DNA of 64,000 nucleotides from Basidiobolus meristosporus CBS 931.73 (GCA_002104905.1 MCFE01000352.1:24318-88317), one strand, 5' to 3'; shown: positions 1 through 11,763, counted from the first letter of the stretch. Numbers and translations: made by a program. Notes: a model not told the origin generated them from the sequence alone.

Positions 1-3000
1 TGTGGCTCCGCAGAGGTTCTCAAGTGCCTACTTGACTGAGAGCCTGAGGAGTCTGCATTATTACCTTCAATGGGCACACTGTCCACAGGGCCTTTTTTGG
101 ATGTAGCCTTGTTTGTTGCACTGAATGTCAAAGCAAGCTGTTGTCCAACCATTCTTCTGTTGCTGTGAGTGGTGGGGTTTGGTTGAGAACCAGACAATTT
201 TGCTTTATTTTCTGGCGGCATATATATATGCAAGTGAGTCAAACCAAAGGGGAAATAGTGTTACATATATGTGTGTATGTGGTGCCACAACTTTATTTAT
301 AATGCTTACTATGGCAGGTCATCATTGAATCTTACATTCATGTAAGTGCAATGTCTCAAATACATGACTGTCTTAAGTTCAAATGAGTATTGACCAAAAA
401 GTGACATAATAGCATTACGTTGTTGAAGGTCAAACTGTTTGCCCCATGGACAAGACTACTTTGACTCAACACCATAAGAGAAGAGAAAAAAGACTATGTG
501 GCTATTGTGGCAAGCCTCTCAGCCATGAAGCACGCAGAGAGCATAGGAAGCATTACAAGGATCATGGCCAGTGTTTTGCCACACAAGTCATATTTGACCA
601 TTAATTGGTCACTACTGTACTAACATTACCTTGCCAGCCAGTTGATACTTTTATATTGGCACCTGGCCGTCTTTGTCACCTTGTGCAAACTGAGTCTGGT
701 GAGTTTGTGATGCCTTTAGGCTCACCTCAGCCTTCTGAATATGGCATGCAGAGTGATAGCTTTGATGAGGAAGGTTCACTGATGGATTTTGAGCCTATCT
801 CTCCTAACAACAGTACCACATATGAGCCCGGTCAAATCCCTATATGCAATGAGACAACACCCATTGAAACAAATGCTAAGGATACTTTATGGGTCCAAGT
901 GAGCCCAGTAATCCATCTACTGGTGAATGATGTAATGTTGTGGCTAGAGAAGCGGCATGTTTCCACTAATATCAGTAATGGGGGCTTTGAGGATTTATTA
1001 CTACTTCTTGCCAAAATCAAACCAGGCTGCAACTTACCATGTACATGGTACAAGTGGACAACCATCATGCAGCTGGCAACATATGATCCAGAGACTGACC
1101 TGATTCCAGCATGTGTTAACAGTTGCATGGCATTCACATCCAAAAATGCTACCATTGCACTGTGTCCAAATTGTCAGGAATCTGCCACCATTGAGAGAAA
1201 ACATTGCTCACACTCCAGATATATTCCAGTCATACCCTGTCTGAGGAAGCTGATGCAGTCCAACAAATATTGCAAAGCTATACAGTACCGCACTCAGTAT
1301 CAATCAAGCGCAAACATATCCAATATATTGGATGGCAAACATTACAAACAGCTAAGAAGCAAAGGCTACATTGAAGGTATGTATGACCATGCCTTTGCTT
1401 TAGCACTTGATGGATTCTCATTAAACAAGTACTCTACCAGCAAATCCTGCTGGCCACTGATTCTAATCAATCTGAATCTGCCGCCCATCTTATGGTATCA
1501 GAGCAATAATCTGACGGTAGTGTCACTGGTATCTGGGCCTAAATCACCATCCAACCTGGATAGCTACCTGTATCCATTGCTGAATGAATTTTGTATGCTT
1601 TCCAGCAGGATAATAGTAAATGGCCGTCATGTAAAAGCGCATATTACTATCTGCATTGGAGATACCCCAGCCATCAGCAAGAGAGCAGGTTTTTCCAGGC
1701 ACAATGGATGGTATTGCTGTCAAATGTGTGAGATCCAGGGGATTTACTCCATAACTTACACACATTATTATTACCCAAGCACCAGCACTAAGAGCAGCAT
1801 CTTTCCACAGAGAGAACATACAGAAGTAAGCATGCAATTGCAGCAAAGTTGGCAAGCTATAAGCCATTGGCCAGAATATGGAATCAATCGGAAACCAGAG
1901 ATACTTAAGATAGAGGGTATCTGTTGGAGCAAAAGCTTTCCACTGGGAGCAATGCATTTGCTTTTCAACAATATCCCTATACTGATGACCAAGTTGTACA
2001 TGGGGCATTTCAAGCTAAATGAGCCCTTTGAGATACCGGAGAAATTTGAAAAAATTGGCAAGATATTACAGAGTATCCACTATCCTAAGTACTTCTCATG
2101 GGATCCAATTAATATTCATACCCTTATGCAACAATACAAATGCAAAGACTGGATGAACTGGATATATATTTATTCAAGTGGTATTCTGAAGCCATTCCTA
2201 CCAAGAGTACATTGGAAGCATTGGGAGTCATATGTGGACATTGTAGGAGTATTTATCCAGAAGTGGATCACCAATGCCAACTTGACGCATCTACAGCTGT
2301 TGTGTGAGGAGTTTGTGACAGGATTTGAGCGGCTGTACTACAAGCATAAAGCTGAACATGTAGATCTCTGCCGCTACTGTATTCATTCTCTACTCCATCT
2401 TGCACAGTGTGTGGAGAATATTGGGCCTTGCTTCACCTTTTGGGAGTTTCCTATGGAGCAGATGTGTTGGGAGATAGGAAGACAAGTAAAGTTGCAGGTA
2501 CTACCAAATCCCAATCTCATCAAGAATATAACCCTCAAGTCTGTCATGGATGTGATGAGTTGGCACATGGAGGACAGCTAGAAAGAGTTGGAAAATACTG
2601 AGAACAAATGTGCACATGGAGACACCTATGCCTATGGCATTAAGAAGCTAAGCAGCCCCAATGCATGGGTAATCAGTTAAGTAATGCAAAGTTGGGTTGG
2701 GTGCAACAAGCAACTAATTTTTATCAGGAAAACTCCACCTAAATATGCTGGATTTCTTGTGGTCACAAGCCAACTTCTACACCATTCAATATGGAATTCA
2801 CACAAACAAAAGCTAAAGCTCACCTATAAGGGGACTAGAACCCAGCAGGAAGAAGGAATATATTGGCTAAATACCAAGAAGTTCTTTGCCAATATTTAGG
2901 AGGTATTATGGCAGAAGTGGCAACAACCAAGCATATGTTTGCAAGATGTATATGCTACCAGCAGTACAAGGTATATGGCAACTTTGCAAGTATCACACTA

Positions 3001-3189
3001 AAAAGCCGTAAAGTTGAGGTGATAGAAGTATGTCAATTGCGGCAGGTGTGCGCATTTGTAGAGGTTAGTAAGCAGGAGGCCATAGTTTTTTTTGATTCAA
3101 ACTATATGTGGAATACCCAAGGTAGTAGTGGGTAAGCAAATAAAGAAAGGTGATTCTACAGTGGAATATATGAATTGCACAAGGGGAGG
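1..3189 (+). mobile_element. CACTA/EnSpm DNA transposon, copy 1 (left end outside window; interrupted at 3190 by a Gypsy solo LTR)
   Basis: Carries the Tnp2-type transposase ORF. Bases 1-~1290 align as the reverse complement of ~4585-6198 (copy 2, ignoring its LTR insertion). CpG-depleted. Termini not identified. Confidence 0.8.
446..2581 (+). pseudogene. CACTA (Transposase_21/Tnp2 + DUF4218-like) transposase with a premature stop
   Basis: Motifs LALDGF..SCWPLILINLNLPP, GPKSP.NLDSYLYPL, GDTPA.SK..GF..HNG.Y.C..C, MHLLFNNI, HSLLHL..C....GP....WEFPMEQ. ATG at 446 (MDKTT..CGYC..H..H) is in frame with ORF 605-2581 but broken by TAA at 602-604, where copy 2 has TCA. A degenerate continuation follows 2581. 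Confidence 0.85.
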
Positions 3190-3516
3190 TGTGGTAATGG
3201 AAAGTATTCCATTACTACAATATCTCTAAACCAATATTGCACTCATTTCTTTATTTTGCTTTTTGCTATCGTAACACACAAGAAAAGATCAAGAATTTCC
3301 AACTTTGAAGAGCAAATGCTCCAGACCCTGAGAAGCAATCCACCCAAGAATATTATGTCATACAGAACACGTAGTAGCCAACACATGTTTCAAATTACAG
3401 CTCATTTGAAGCAGTACTTAAGGAGCTATGACCAAAAGAGTCCAACTATTATATATACTATGCCTTATTGCTAGGATTACTATGGTGACTTTGATTGCGT
3501 GTAACTTTTGAACCAG

Positions 3517-3677
3517 CCAATCAAATCACGTGAAATTTTCACAGGTGCTGCGCCTATGTCCGATCTGCGCCACTGCAAAATTTTAGCGTTGTATCACGTG
3601 TATTGCTTGCGCAATTGCCCAAAAACTTTGATCCTTCAAAATTTTCATATATATAACTTCCCCAGCTGAAAAATAAA
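3517..3677 (+). promoter_or_regulatory. Gypsy LTR promoter-like segment (CCAAT, two CACGTG boxes, TATA, AATAAA)
   Basis: CCAAT 3517-3521, CACGTG 3527-3532 and 3595-3600, TATATATAA ~3648-3656, AATAAA ~3672-3677. The CCAAT and both CACGTG boxes are intact in the second LTR copy. Function inferred from motif arrangement. Confidence 0.5.
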
Positions 3678-3865
3678 GAGAGAGCCTCTCTTTCCAGAAT
3701 CTCCACACTACGATTACAAGTTTAAAGGTTATAAGACTTCCCCTGCATCACTTGCACTGTTGAGTATTCTGACTTTGATCAGTACTACATCAGTAAAGAG
3801 ACTGCAAAGCTCACAAGAATCCAATCTAAGTTCTACAAGAAACTACCACTTTTCTGTCGGAAAAG

Positions 3866-3992
3866 TCCCCTCTAAGAAACCCCTTTACTCTAAAGACACC
3901 TTTAGAGACCCCTTTAAGAAACCCCTTTACTCTAAAGAAGCCCCTTTAGGTCTAAAGACCCCTTTAGAGACTTCTACAACACACCCCTTTAG
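3866..3992. repeat. Degenerate tandem array (CCCCTTTA/CTAAAG units) inside the Gypsy LTR
   Basis: Repeated cccctttactctaaaga / cccctttag units. The longer array at ~60520-60770 accounts for most of the 117-bp length difference between the two LTRs. Confidence 0.8.
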
Positions 3993-4584
3993 GTTAAAGG
4001 GGAGTTCAGAATTTCCATATTAGGAAATATTTTCTCAGAAAGGAAAGTGACTTCCAAATAAGGAAAAGTTACTATAAAAGTAAATAAGCCCATTAGTCAA
4101 CAGAAGGTCAGAACACTGCTGTAGAAGTGATAAACACTGCCTACAGTATATTTTGAGCCCAAGATTGAGGAAATTAGTGAAAGTTATATCTTCTATCAGT
4201 ATATCAAACTCCCAATAAACTATTTCAGTATTAGCATACTGGAAGTTGTTGTATATTGTTGATTAGCCTCTACATTGTAGAACAAGCCCCAAACTAATCA
4301 TAATACAACACAACAGAGGTAGAAAAAGGAAATACCATTTGGTAAATTGGTACAGTAGCATTATACAGAACCAGTGGCTGGCTGTCATACTGCCAAGAAA
4401 AAGCCATCAGAGTCTTGCTGTGAGGCCGTCAAAATACCGTCAAGTTTCTTGCCATATATGGCAATTGGAAGTCCTGGCCAACTGGATCCACTTAAAATAG
4501 TAATAGAGTGCTGAAAGACTGCAACAATGCCATGCAAATATTGTCACAGCACCAATCAAAAATTGTCAAGCTTTATCCCTTTAT

Positions 4585-5763
4585 TTGGCTGTAAAATTTG
4601 CAAAACACCGTCATGATCTTGTATTGCTGGAATATATCCAGAGTGTGAACAATGTTTTCCCCCAATAGTGGTGGATTCCTGACAAGTTGGACACCTTCCA
4701 ATGGTGGCATTTTCCAATATGAATGCCATGCAACTGTTAACATATTCTGGTGGCAGGATGGACTCTGGTTCATATGTTGCTGGCTGAATGATGGTTGTCC
4801 ATTTATGCCATATACATGGTAGGTTGCATCCTAGTATAATATTGGCAAGAAGCAGTAGTAGATCCTCAAAGCCCCTGTTACTGATATTAGTGGAAATGTG
4901 CCACTTTCCTAGCCCTAACATCACATCATTCACCAGTTGATGGATTACTGAGCTCATTTGACTCCATAAAATAGCCTTGGCATTTTTTTCCACAGGTGCT
5001 GTCTCATTGCATAAAGGAATTTTGCCAGGCTCATGCAGGGTACTGTTGTTAGGGAAGCTAGGCTCACAATCCATCAGTTGTCCTACATCTTCAGAGCAAT
5101 CTCTCAGTGTGCCATATTCAGAAGGCTGGGGTGAGCCTAAAGGCATCACAAACTCACCTGACTCAGCTTGAATAAGGTGACAAGTAAGGCTAGGTGCTAT
5201 TATAACTGTATCAAGCCACTGGCAAGATATTGCTGGCACAGTAGTGATTGGTGAATGGTCAAATACTGTTGTAAGAGTCTTGGAGATATTGGAAGTGATT
5301 TGGAGAACAAGTAGATAATGTGGTTTTCACTTAATGATTTATTGAATGTAAAAGTAGTAATTATACTTTTACCTGGTCTTGGCATTACAAACATGTAGAA
5401 TAGGTTAAGGAAGGTCCCAAGAATATGTGTGCAAAGTTTGGGGCTGTTTGGACAACTTTGAGAATTTTCATGTTCTGGGTACCTGGTATTTTGGTAAAAA
5501 TATTCTAAGTAAATCCCAACAAGGAATTTGGTCAGTATCCTCTAGGATTTGAGGGTAATGATCTAAGTGACTAAGATAGGTGAATATTTAGGTGGAATTA
5601 CAAAGTTTTACAACAAATACAACTTGTGTTGCAAAACACTGGCCATGATCCTTCTAATTCTTCCTATGCTGTCTGTGTGCTTTGTGGCTGAGAGGTTGGC
5701 TACAATAGCCACATGGTCTTTTTTCTCTTCACTTATGGCATTAAATCAAAGAGTCTTATCCAT
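4585..5763 (-). pseudogene. CACTA transposase copy 2, 5' part, interrupted by a Copia solo LTR and truncated
   Basis: ORF 4556-5239 is clearly homologous to the N-terminal part of 605-2581 (GEFVMPLGSPQPSEYG, GFEDLLLLLA, CVNSCMAF). ATG GAT AAG ACT start at 5763 matches copy 1. Confidence 0.85.
5267..5615 (-). mobile_element. Copia solo LTR (349 bp)
   Basis: Reverse complement of LTR 57905-58253. AATAC on both sides (5262-5266, 5616-5620) is a 5-bp TSD. The empty site is visible in CACTA copy 1 at ~585-600. Confidence 0.93.
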
Positions 5764-5977
5764 GGGACAAACAGTTTGACACTCAGCAATGTAATGCCAT
5801 TACATCACTCTTTGATCAATATGTTTACAACAGTCTAGTATTTGAGATATTGCACCTACATGAGTGTAAGATTCAATGATGACCTGCCATAATAAGTATC
5901 AGTAATAAAGTTGTGGCACCACATACACATTTATATGTAACACCCTTTGCCCTTTGGTTTGACTCACTTGCATATAT

Positions 5978-7830
5978 ATGCCACCAAAAAATAAAGCAGA
6001 GTTGTCTAGCCCCCAACTAAACCCCACCACTGACAGCAGCAGAAGAACAGTTGGACAACAGCTTGCTTTGAAATTTGGTGCAACAAGAAGGGCTACAATC
6101 AAAAAAGGCCTTGTGAACAGTGTGCCTACTGGAGAAAATGATGTAAACTCCTCAGGCTCTCAGTCAAGTAGGCAATTGGGAATCTCTTTGGAGCCACAAG
6201 CAGACCATATTGCTGAAGCAGATAAGAATGTAGCACAAGTAGCACCTTCAGTTGAAGACCAGCAAATGGTGGTTGTAACATCACCATCACCTGTATTGGC
6301 AAGTATGTTGTCAGCTCATACCAAAGCATTAATGAGGCAATTAGGTGCAGTGACTGATAAGATAGATGCAATGACCCAGAGAAATTAGGAAATAGCCCAG
6401 AAACAGGATGATCAAGTAATAGGTGTAAAGCAATGAATATATCATGTAGAAAAAGCAGTATCTTTGCTGTAAAGAAGGTACGCAAGTAGCTCAATGTCAC
6501 AGCCAAGAATTGAGCCATTTCCCAATGTAACAGCAGAGGAACACCATACACTCTTTGAAGTACACCAACAGTGCCCAAAAATAAAGCCCAGAGAGAAACC
6601 TATCACAGCCTTGGAGGGAGAAAATGTAGTATTTATACCAAGGCCTAAAAATCAAAGGACATTGAAGATCTGTGAAGCCTCTGAGTACAATGATGAAGAG
6701 TGGGCTAATATTCAAGAGGCCATCAGAAGTCTAACACACCAACACCTTAAGGCTAGCATACCATGGGACCATCAAGATCTCAATGCCAAGCAGAATGTGC
6801 CTGACTTGCTCTATGAGCATTATCCTAGATTCAAACAAGCAAATGGTTTTTGGGCCAGCATTGGTATGCTAAGAAAGTATCTCAACAATAGCAGAAACTA
6901 TCAGAGGCAGAAGGACTAGGGTACAATGGCTAAAAACCAGCAGCTTCCTCAAGAGCCTGTTACAAGCAGGGCCAAAAGCTCTAAACAATTGTCAAAGAGA
7001 CATCAGGTAGCTGGAAGAGTGCCAATAAGGGAAAAGCAGGCAGACACAGATGCACCAGCACAACATTCACCAAGGTAAAAGTGTGGTACTTCTCAAGAAG
7101 CATTCAGTCAAAGTAGCATTGAAGGACCTGGTAGTGATAAAAATAAGCAGCTACCTCAGGAGCCCATGACAGCATGGGCTGAGAGCTCAAAACAAGCAGA
7201 AAAGAAGCATCATGTTGCCTGCAGACTGCCAGCAAGAGACAAGCAGGCCAAAACAGATGCATCAGAGTAGCATTTATCAAGCAGAAAACATAGTTCAATA
7301 CAAGAAGCACTCAGACAAAGTAGCAGTGAAAGACCTGGCAGTGATAAAGGAAAAGGTAAAGGGAAAAAGTCTACCCAAGTCAGAGACAGGGATGCATAAG
7401 GAAAAAGCTGCAATTCTTGCCAATTAATGCCATAAGCCTGGACCAGACAGAATCCCATCATAGCCAAGAAGAATTAATAACAAGAAAACCGCTGTTTTCA
7501 CAAGAGCTGAAAGTGCAGCCAGTTAAGCTACACTCCAGTGAGGCCAATGAGTTTGCAGAGAAAGGCAATTTGTCTACCACAGCCTCCACATCTTCCATTG
7601 CTGACAGAGTGGAGATTCCACTGACAGACAACACAACAATGTCAAGAGCTCAGAAGGTTACCACAATGCCTTCAGTGGAATTTTGAACATTAATAGACAC
7701 ACCAAGAGGTTGCAGCACTTCTTTAAGAGCAGTGCTCAAGAAAATGCACTTGAATATTATAAGGATTTATTGCAAAGACTGGCAGATGAGGTGCTAGACC
7801 TTGCAGTGCTGGCTGAAGACCAGGACATGT
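5978..7830 (+). pseudogene. Degenerate second ORF of the CACTA element, divergent from the transposase
   Basis: ORF fragments 5978-6388, 6494-6919, 7212-7427 and 7417-7686 in CpG-depleted DNA. The 5' part is shared with copy 1 (1-~220, minus). The 6494-6919 fragment has a helical IRSL..QHL...IPW..Q...YP.F..A...WA...ML..YLNNSR segment. Right boundary approximate. Confidence 0.5.
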
Positions 7831-8394
7831 AGAAATCAGTGAATGAACAGTGGCTTAGAGCTGTAGGGTTCCCACCAAAGTCATGGAAACTGAGCATTAC
7901 AGCAGAAATACTAAATGTGTGGTGGATTTTAATGGAGTTACTTGTTGAGTGTGGGGTTGGGCTTAATGTTAGTGTAGGGTAAAGGGACCTGTGTAGGTTA
8001 ATACGATTGGCAATTAAGGTACAAGCAAAGTTTCAATGGATATAAAACAATTTGTATGCACAAAAAGTAAGAGAAATGGTTGAGTCAGGAAGTAAGGAGT
8101 CTGAAAAAGTGGCAATAGCCAATCAATGCACACAAATGTAGGAGGTGATAGAGTGTCTGGGATCAGAAAGTGTGAAAATTGGTTGAGAACCAATCAAAAG
8201 CCACTTTTGTTTTGTTGTGATGAAAATTTTGACCAAGTTTCTTGTGAAATCTGGGGTGCAATTAGTTTTTGAAGGTCTTTGCACAGTGTCCTGATGAGAT
8301 CAATACCTCTTAGTCATGGGAATTAGAATTGGCAATGGCCTTTTGACAGGATCATCACAATGATTTTCATAGGGAAACAACATCTACTTTTAGA

Positions 8395-8760
8395 TTATTG
8401 TAAGCATTGGGAAACATATGCATACACTGGAGGGGTGTTTGTCAAAAAGTGGAACACTAATATCAATTTGGCATAACTATGGCTTTTATGCACAGAGTTT
8501 GTGACAGGATTGTAGTGCCCACATTGCTAGCATAAAGCTGAGCTCATTTATCTCTGCTACTGTATCTATTCTTGACTCCCTCTTGCTCAATATGTAGAGA
8601 ACAACAGGGCATGCTTCACTTTCTAGGGGTTTCCCACAGAGCAGATGTGTGGGGAGATGGGAAGAGAAGTTAAGTTATAAGTACAGTCATATCCCTCTCT
8701 CATCCAGCATATTACCTTCAAGCATTTGATGGCTATCACAAAGCCCAAAAACCTGTGTGT
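8395..8760 (+). pseudogene. CACTA transposase fragment 3 (C-terminal region)
   Basis: Nucleotide similarity to ~2215-2550 (aagcattggga..catatg, gagtttgtgacaggatt, cataaagctga, tgcttcac, gagcagatgtgt) with multiple stops. Confidence 0.8.
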
Positions 8761-9029
8761 CAGGCTATTATGGGGGGTAAATACCACCTCCTCATTAGCA
8801 GTGTGCACTTCCACAAATACCATCTTAATAACCAACATGGTTTTTATGTTTATTGAATGTTTTATTTCTTCTCCTGGTAACATTTGGAAATAAAAAAAGT
8901 TTGTCTTGGATGCATCTTTCTAACAAAGAGCATGAAGGATGGGTGCTTTCTAGTGCTTTCAAGGCATTCTTTGCTGTTTTAGCTACTGAGCATCACATTG
9001 TCTCTTTGCCTTAACATTCCCTATAAAAA

Positions 9030-9362
9030 TGCACAAAGTTGGAATTCATTGGATTCTTGCTAGCATTCTGCTGGTATTCTGATGATGTTTCACTAGTATT
9101 CTGATGGTGCTTTACTAGTACTCTGATGGTGTTTTGTGGTGTTTTGCCAATGCTTCTGCTACATATTTTCAATTGCAATTTTTGGTGGAAGTAATGAACA
9201 CCTGATTACCAAATTTGGTATGAATTCTAGATGGCCTAGTCTCCCCCTGGGAAGAATGTCCACTTGTCTGCTTTGGAGCTATTACTTGAGATCTTGGAAT
9301 TGTCACTTCTCAGAAGGTTGGAGTTCAGTCAATATTATCATGTTATTCTGCTGGCCATTCCT
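9030..9362 (+). repeat. Unclassified dispersed repeat, copy A (copy B at ~49100-49460, minus)
   Basis: Shared blocks ttggaattcat, tgctggtatt, ttgcaattttt, ctgattaccaa, tatgaat.ctag.tggcctagtc, acttgtctg, tattctgctggcc. Confidence 0.75.
9071..9136 (+). repeat. 3 x 22-bp tandem repeat
   Basis: ctggtattctgatgatgtttca / ctagtattctgatggtgcttta / ctagtactctgatggtgttttg. Confidence 0.85.
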
Positions 9363-9369
9363 TTGATTT

Positions 9370-9945
9370 TCTTCTTAGAGATTACAGTATATGTAGTTCA
9401 AGAACTTTGTTCTTTCTTTCAGTATATTGAGGCTTCTATCCTATATTTTTACGAGGACATTCTTTGCCAATGAGAGCATCCCACCAGCCTCATTCCTGTA
9501 GCATCATATTGATCTTCACCTTGCAGACTTGCCAGTTACATCCATCCAGCTTTTGAGTAAATAGAAAATTGCAGAGAGTGACAGCTTAGGGCTCATAAGC
9601 ATCTGTAAGAGTCTTGGAGATATCTGAAGCAACTGGGCAAAAAAGCAGATTTTGTGAATTTCACAAAGTAGTGTATTACAGTTTTAAGTGGTATTTATAC
9701 TGTCCATCATCTTGCCAACTAACAAATGTAAAATATGTCATGAGAGGCCCCAAGGGCATGTGTGCAATGCTTAGGGCTGCTGGGATAGCCTTTGAGCTCT
9801 TCATGTTTTGTGTATTTGATGTTTTGGTGAGAATATATCAAGCAAGTCCCAACAAGGAATTTGGGCTGAACTCTGAGATATTAGACCATGAGCAAGGTAG
9901 CAAAGATAGGCAAGTATCTAGATATAGTTACAAAATTACAAAACA
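9370..9945 (-). mobile_element. Degenerate Copia 5' end (LTR ~9601-9945, PBS, gag N-terminus)
   Basis: On the minus strand a diverged LTR is followed by gcttatgagccctaagctgtcactctctgc and KLDGCNWQVCKVKINMMLQE*GWWDALIGKEC, matching gag at 58285. Confidence 0.85.
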
Positions 9946-10189
9946 CAGGATGCCTCTTTCTTTACTGTAATGGAGCAATCTCATGAAACTTGAGAAAGTA
10001 ACCAACCATCAAGCTTTCTACCATAGAAACAGAGTATTTAAGATTTATGTCTATCCAAAGTGTGCATTACTACTATATTTCAGGTTACTTAAAGGTGTAT
10101 GAGATTAGGTGAAGATCCAACATTTCTTACTAGAACTAGGTAAAGAGGTAATAGTCAGCATCTCATCTCAGAAGGTATAGTGTATGACT

Positions 10190-10702
10190 TAGTTAGGTTA
10201 GTTTACTGTCCCACAGATGGAATGATTGCCAATACACTCACAAGACCATTAGCTATAGACAGATCTGAATATCTTGGATCACAATGGTGCTAGTTAACAT
10301 GTATATTTAGTTGAGTGGGAGTGTTGTAAGTTCTGCAATTATACCTGGGTATTTGCCTTAGTCACTTAGATCACAGTCTACAGAATTTAGAGAAATTTGG
10401 CTAAACTCCTTGTCAGAATTTGCTTAGAATATTTCCCCACAATTGCTGGTACCCAGGACATGAAAAGAATCTCCAAGATGTCCAAACAGCCCCAAGCTTT
10501 GCACACATGCTCCTGGGACCTTCTTGAGCATTTTTACATATTTTTCTGGCCAAAGTCATGGAAAAGTGTAAATACTACTTTTGTATTCAATAAATCATTG
10601 AATGGAAATGTGATCTATTTGTTCTCCCAAACACTTCCAATATCTCCAAAACTCTTACAGTAGGTGAAGAGCCCAAAGCTGTCACTCTCTGCAATGTCTA
10701 TG
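10190..10702 (+). mobile_element. Degenerate Copia segment: RNase H end, PPT, LTR (10322-10662), PBS, gag start
   Basis: VYCPTDGMIANTLTRPL (Copia RNase H C-terminus) at ~10200-10250, then ttgagtgggag PPT, TGTTGTAAG LTR, and ggtgaagagcccaaagctgtcactctctgcaatgtcta. Confidence 0.8.
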
Positions 10703-11310
10703 ACCTATTTATGTTATGCCAAAACTTTGCAAAATAATAAACAACACTCCTTGATATCATGAAAATTACGTAACCAAGTTGTTCCATCAACTGGCTTCAA
10801 TCACTTAGAAATCCTCACAGCACATTCTACTCAAAGTGTAATCTGTTTGATTATGGATTTGTACCCATCCAATGAGTCAGAAGCTAACTGGGTGAGCATT
10901 ATTGGCCACCAAATTCGTGGGCAGGCTTTTTAATATGGCGATCACAGCTTTGGCTAGAGCAATCTGGGGGAAATCCCCAGTTTGTTCCATGTTGCGGAGG
11001 AGGTGGTCGTAGGCTAGCCACTCTGATAGTTGGGCAGTGGAATTAGCCCCCTCAAGCATAGAACAGGGATCTACACAGCATTGGATGCTTTAGGGGTGAA
11101 ACAAGATAGGAAAACGTATGATCACTCGGTGGTGCGCAAACCAAAGCATCAACCAAGCCAGGAGGCATCTCCTGAACCACCCACTGTACAGATCGGGCAG
11201 AGGCAGCCAGGAAACGTACGCAGAAGGAAGTATTCAGGGCGATGCATGGAGGGTGGTTGGATATAAATGAGGATGATCAGGTCACTTCCGACTCAGTATC
11301 TCCTCCAACC

Positions 11311-11763
11311 ATGAAATACACCTACATCGCTCTTTTGCTCACCTTGGTCTTGATGGCAGTTCAGGACGTGAAGGCCGCCTGCAATGCCCAGGTCACCTTC
11401 GACGCTTGTATTGAGCGTGGCAAACAGTATTTCTCCCTGTGCTCGGAGACCGACTGGGCTTGCAAGTGCCAACGACAGAAGGACATCATGAACTGCTACA
11501 ACCTCTGCCTGGAGGATGCTGTGGTCCAAGCCCAAGCCGAGATTCAGAAAACGGTCGTCAACGCCAACTGCATCCAGGCCACCACGTCCACCAGCACTAG
11601 ACTGCCAACGGTCACTTCCGCCCTCTCCAGTCAGCCGGCCTCGGCCGGTACCCCAAGTGCCACCAATGCCCCCGCCCCCAACAGTGCCAACCAGAAAACC
11701 ACCTTCCCAGCAGGGATTTGGATCGCCGCAATCGCCAGCGTCTTCCTAGGAAATAGAAACTAG
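11311..11763 (+). CDS. Small secreted Cys-rich, Ser/Thr-rich, probably GPI-anchored protein
   Basis: Signal peptide MKYTYIALLLTLVLMAVQDVKA, 8-Cys domain (CNAQVTFDAC..C..CKC..CYNLC..C), S/T/P/A stalk, hydrophobic C-terminal tail. No introns. Confidence 0.85.
   Translation: MKYTYIALLLTLVLMAVQDVKAACNAQVTFDACIERGKQYFSLCSETDWACKCQRQKDIMNCYNLCLEDAVVQAQAEIQKTVVNANCIQATTSTSTRLPTVTSALSSQPASAGTPSATNAPAPNSANQKTTFPAGIWIAAIASVFLGNRN

Larger units (their letters stand above)
3190..4315 (+). mobile_element. Gypsy-family solo LTR (1126 bp)
   Basis: TGTGG...CAACA flanked on both sides by GAGG (3186-3189 and 4316-4319, a 4-bp TSD). Reverse complement of 60199-61441, which lies directly after a Gypsy integrase and PPT. 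Confidence 0.9.

Noticed and set aside
10860-11290. Short ORFs at the TE/gene-block boundary (10877-11059, 11030-11266)
   Set aside because: Non-ATG or short, with no recognisable homology; could be a remnant but cannot be supported.
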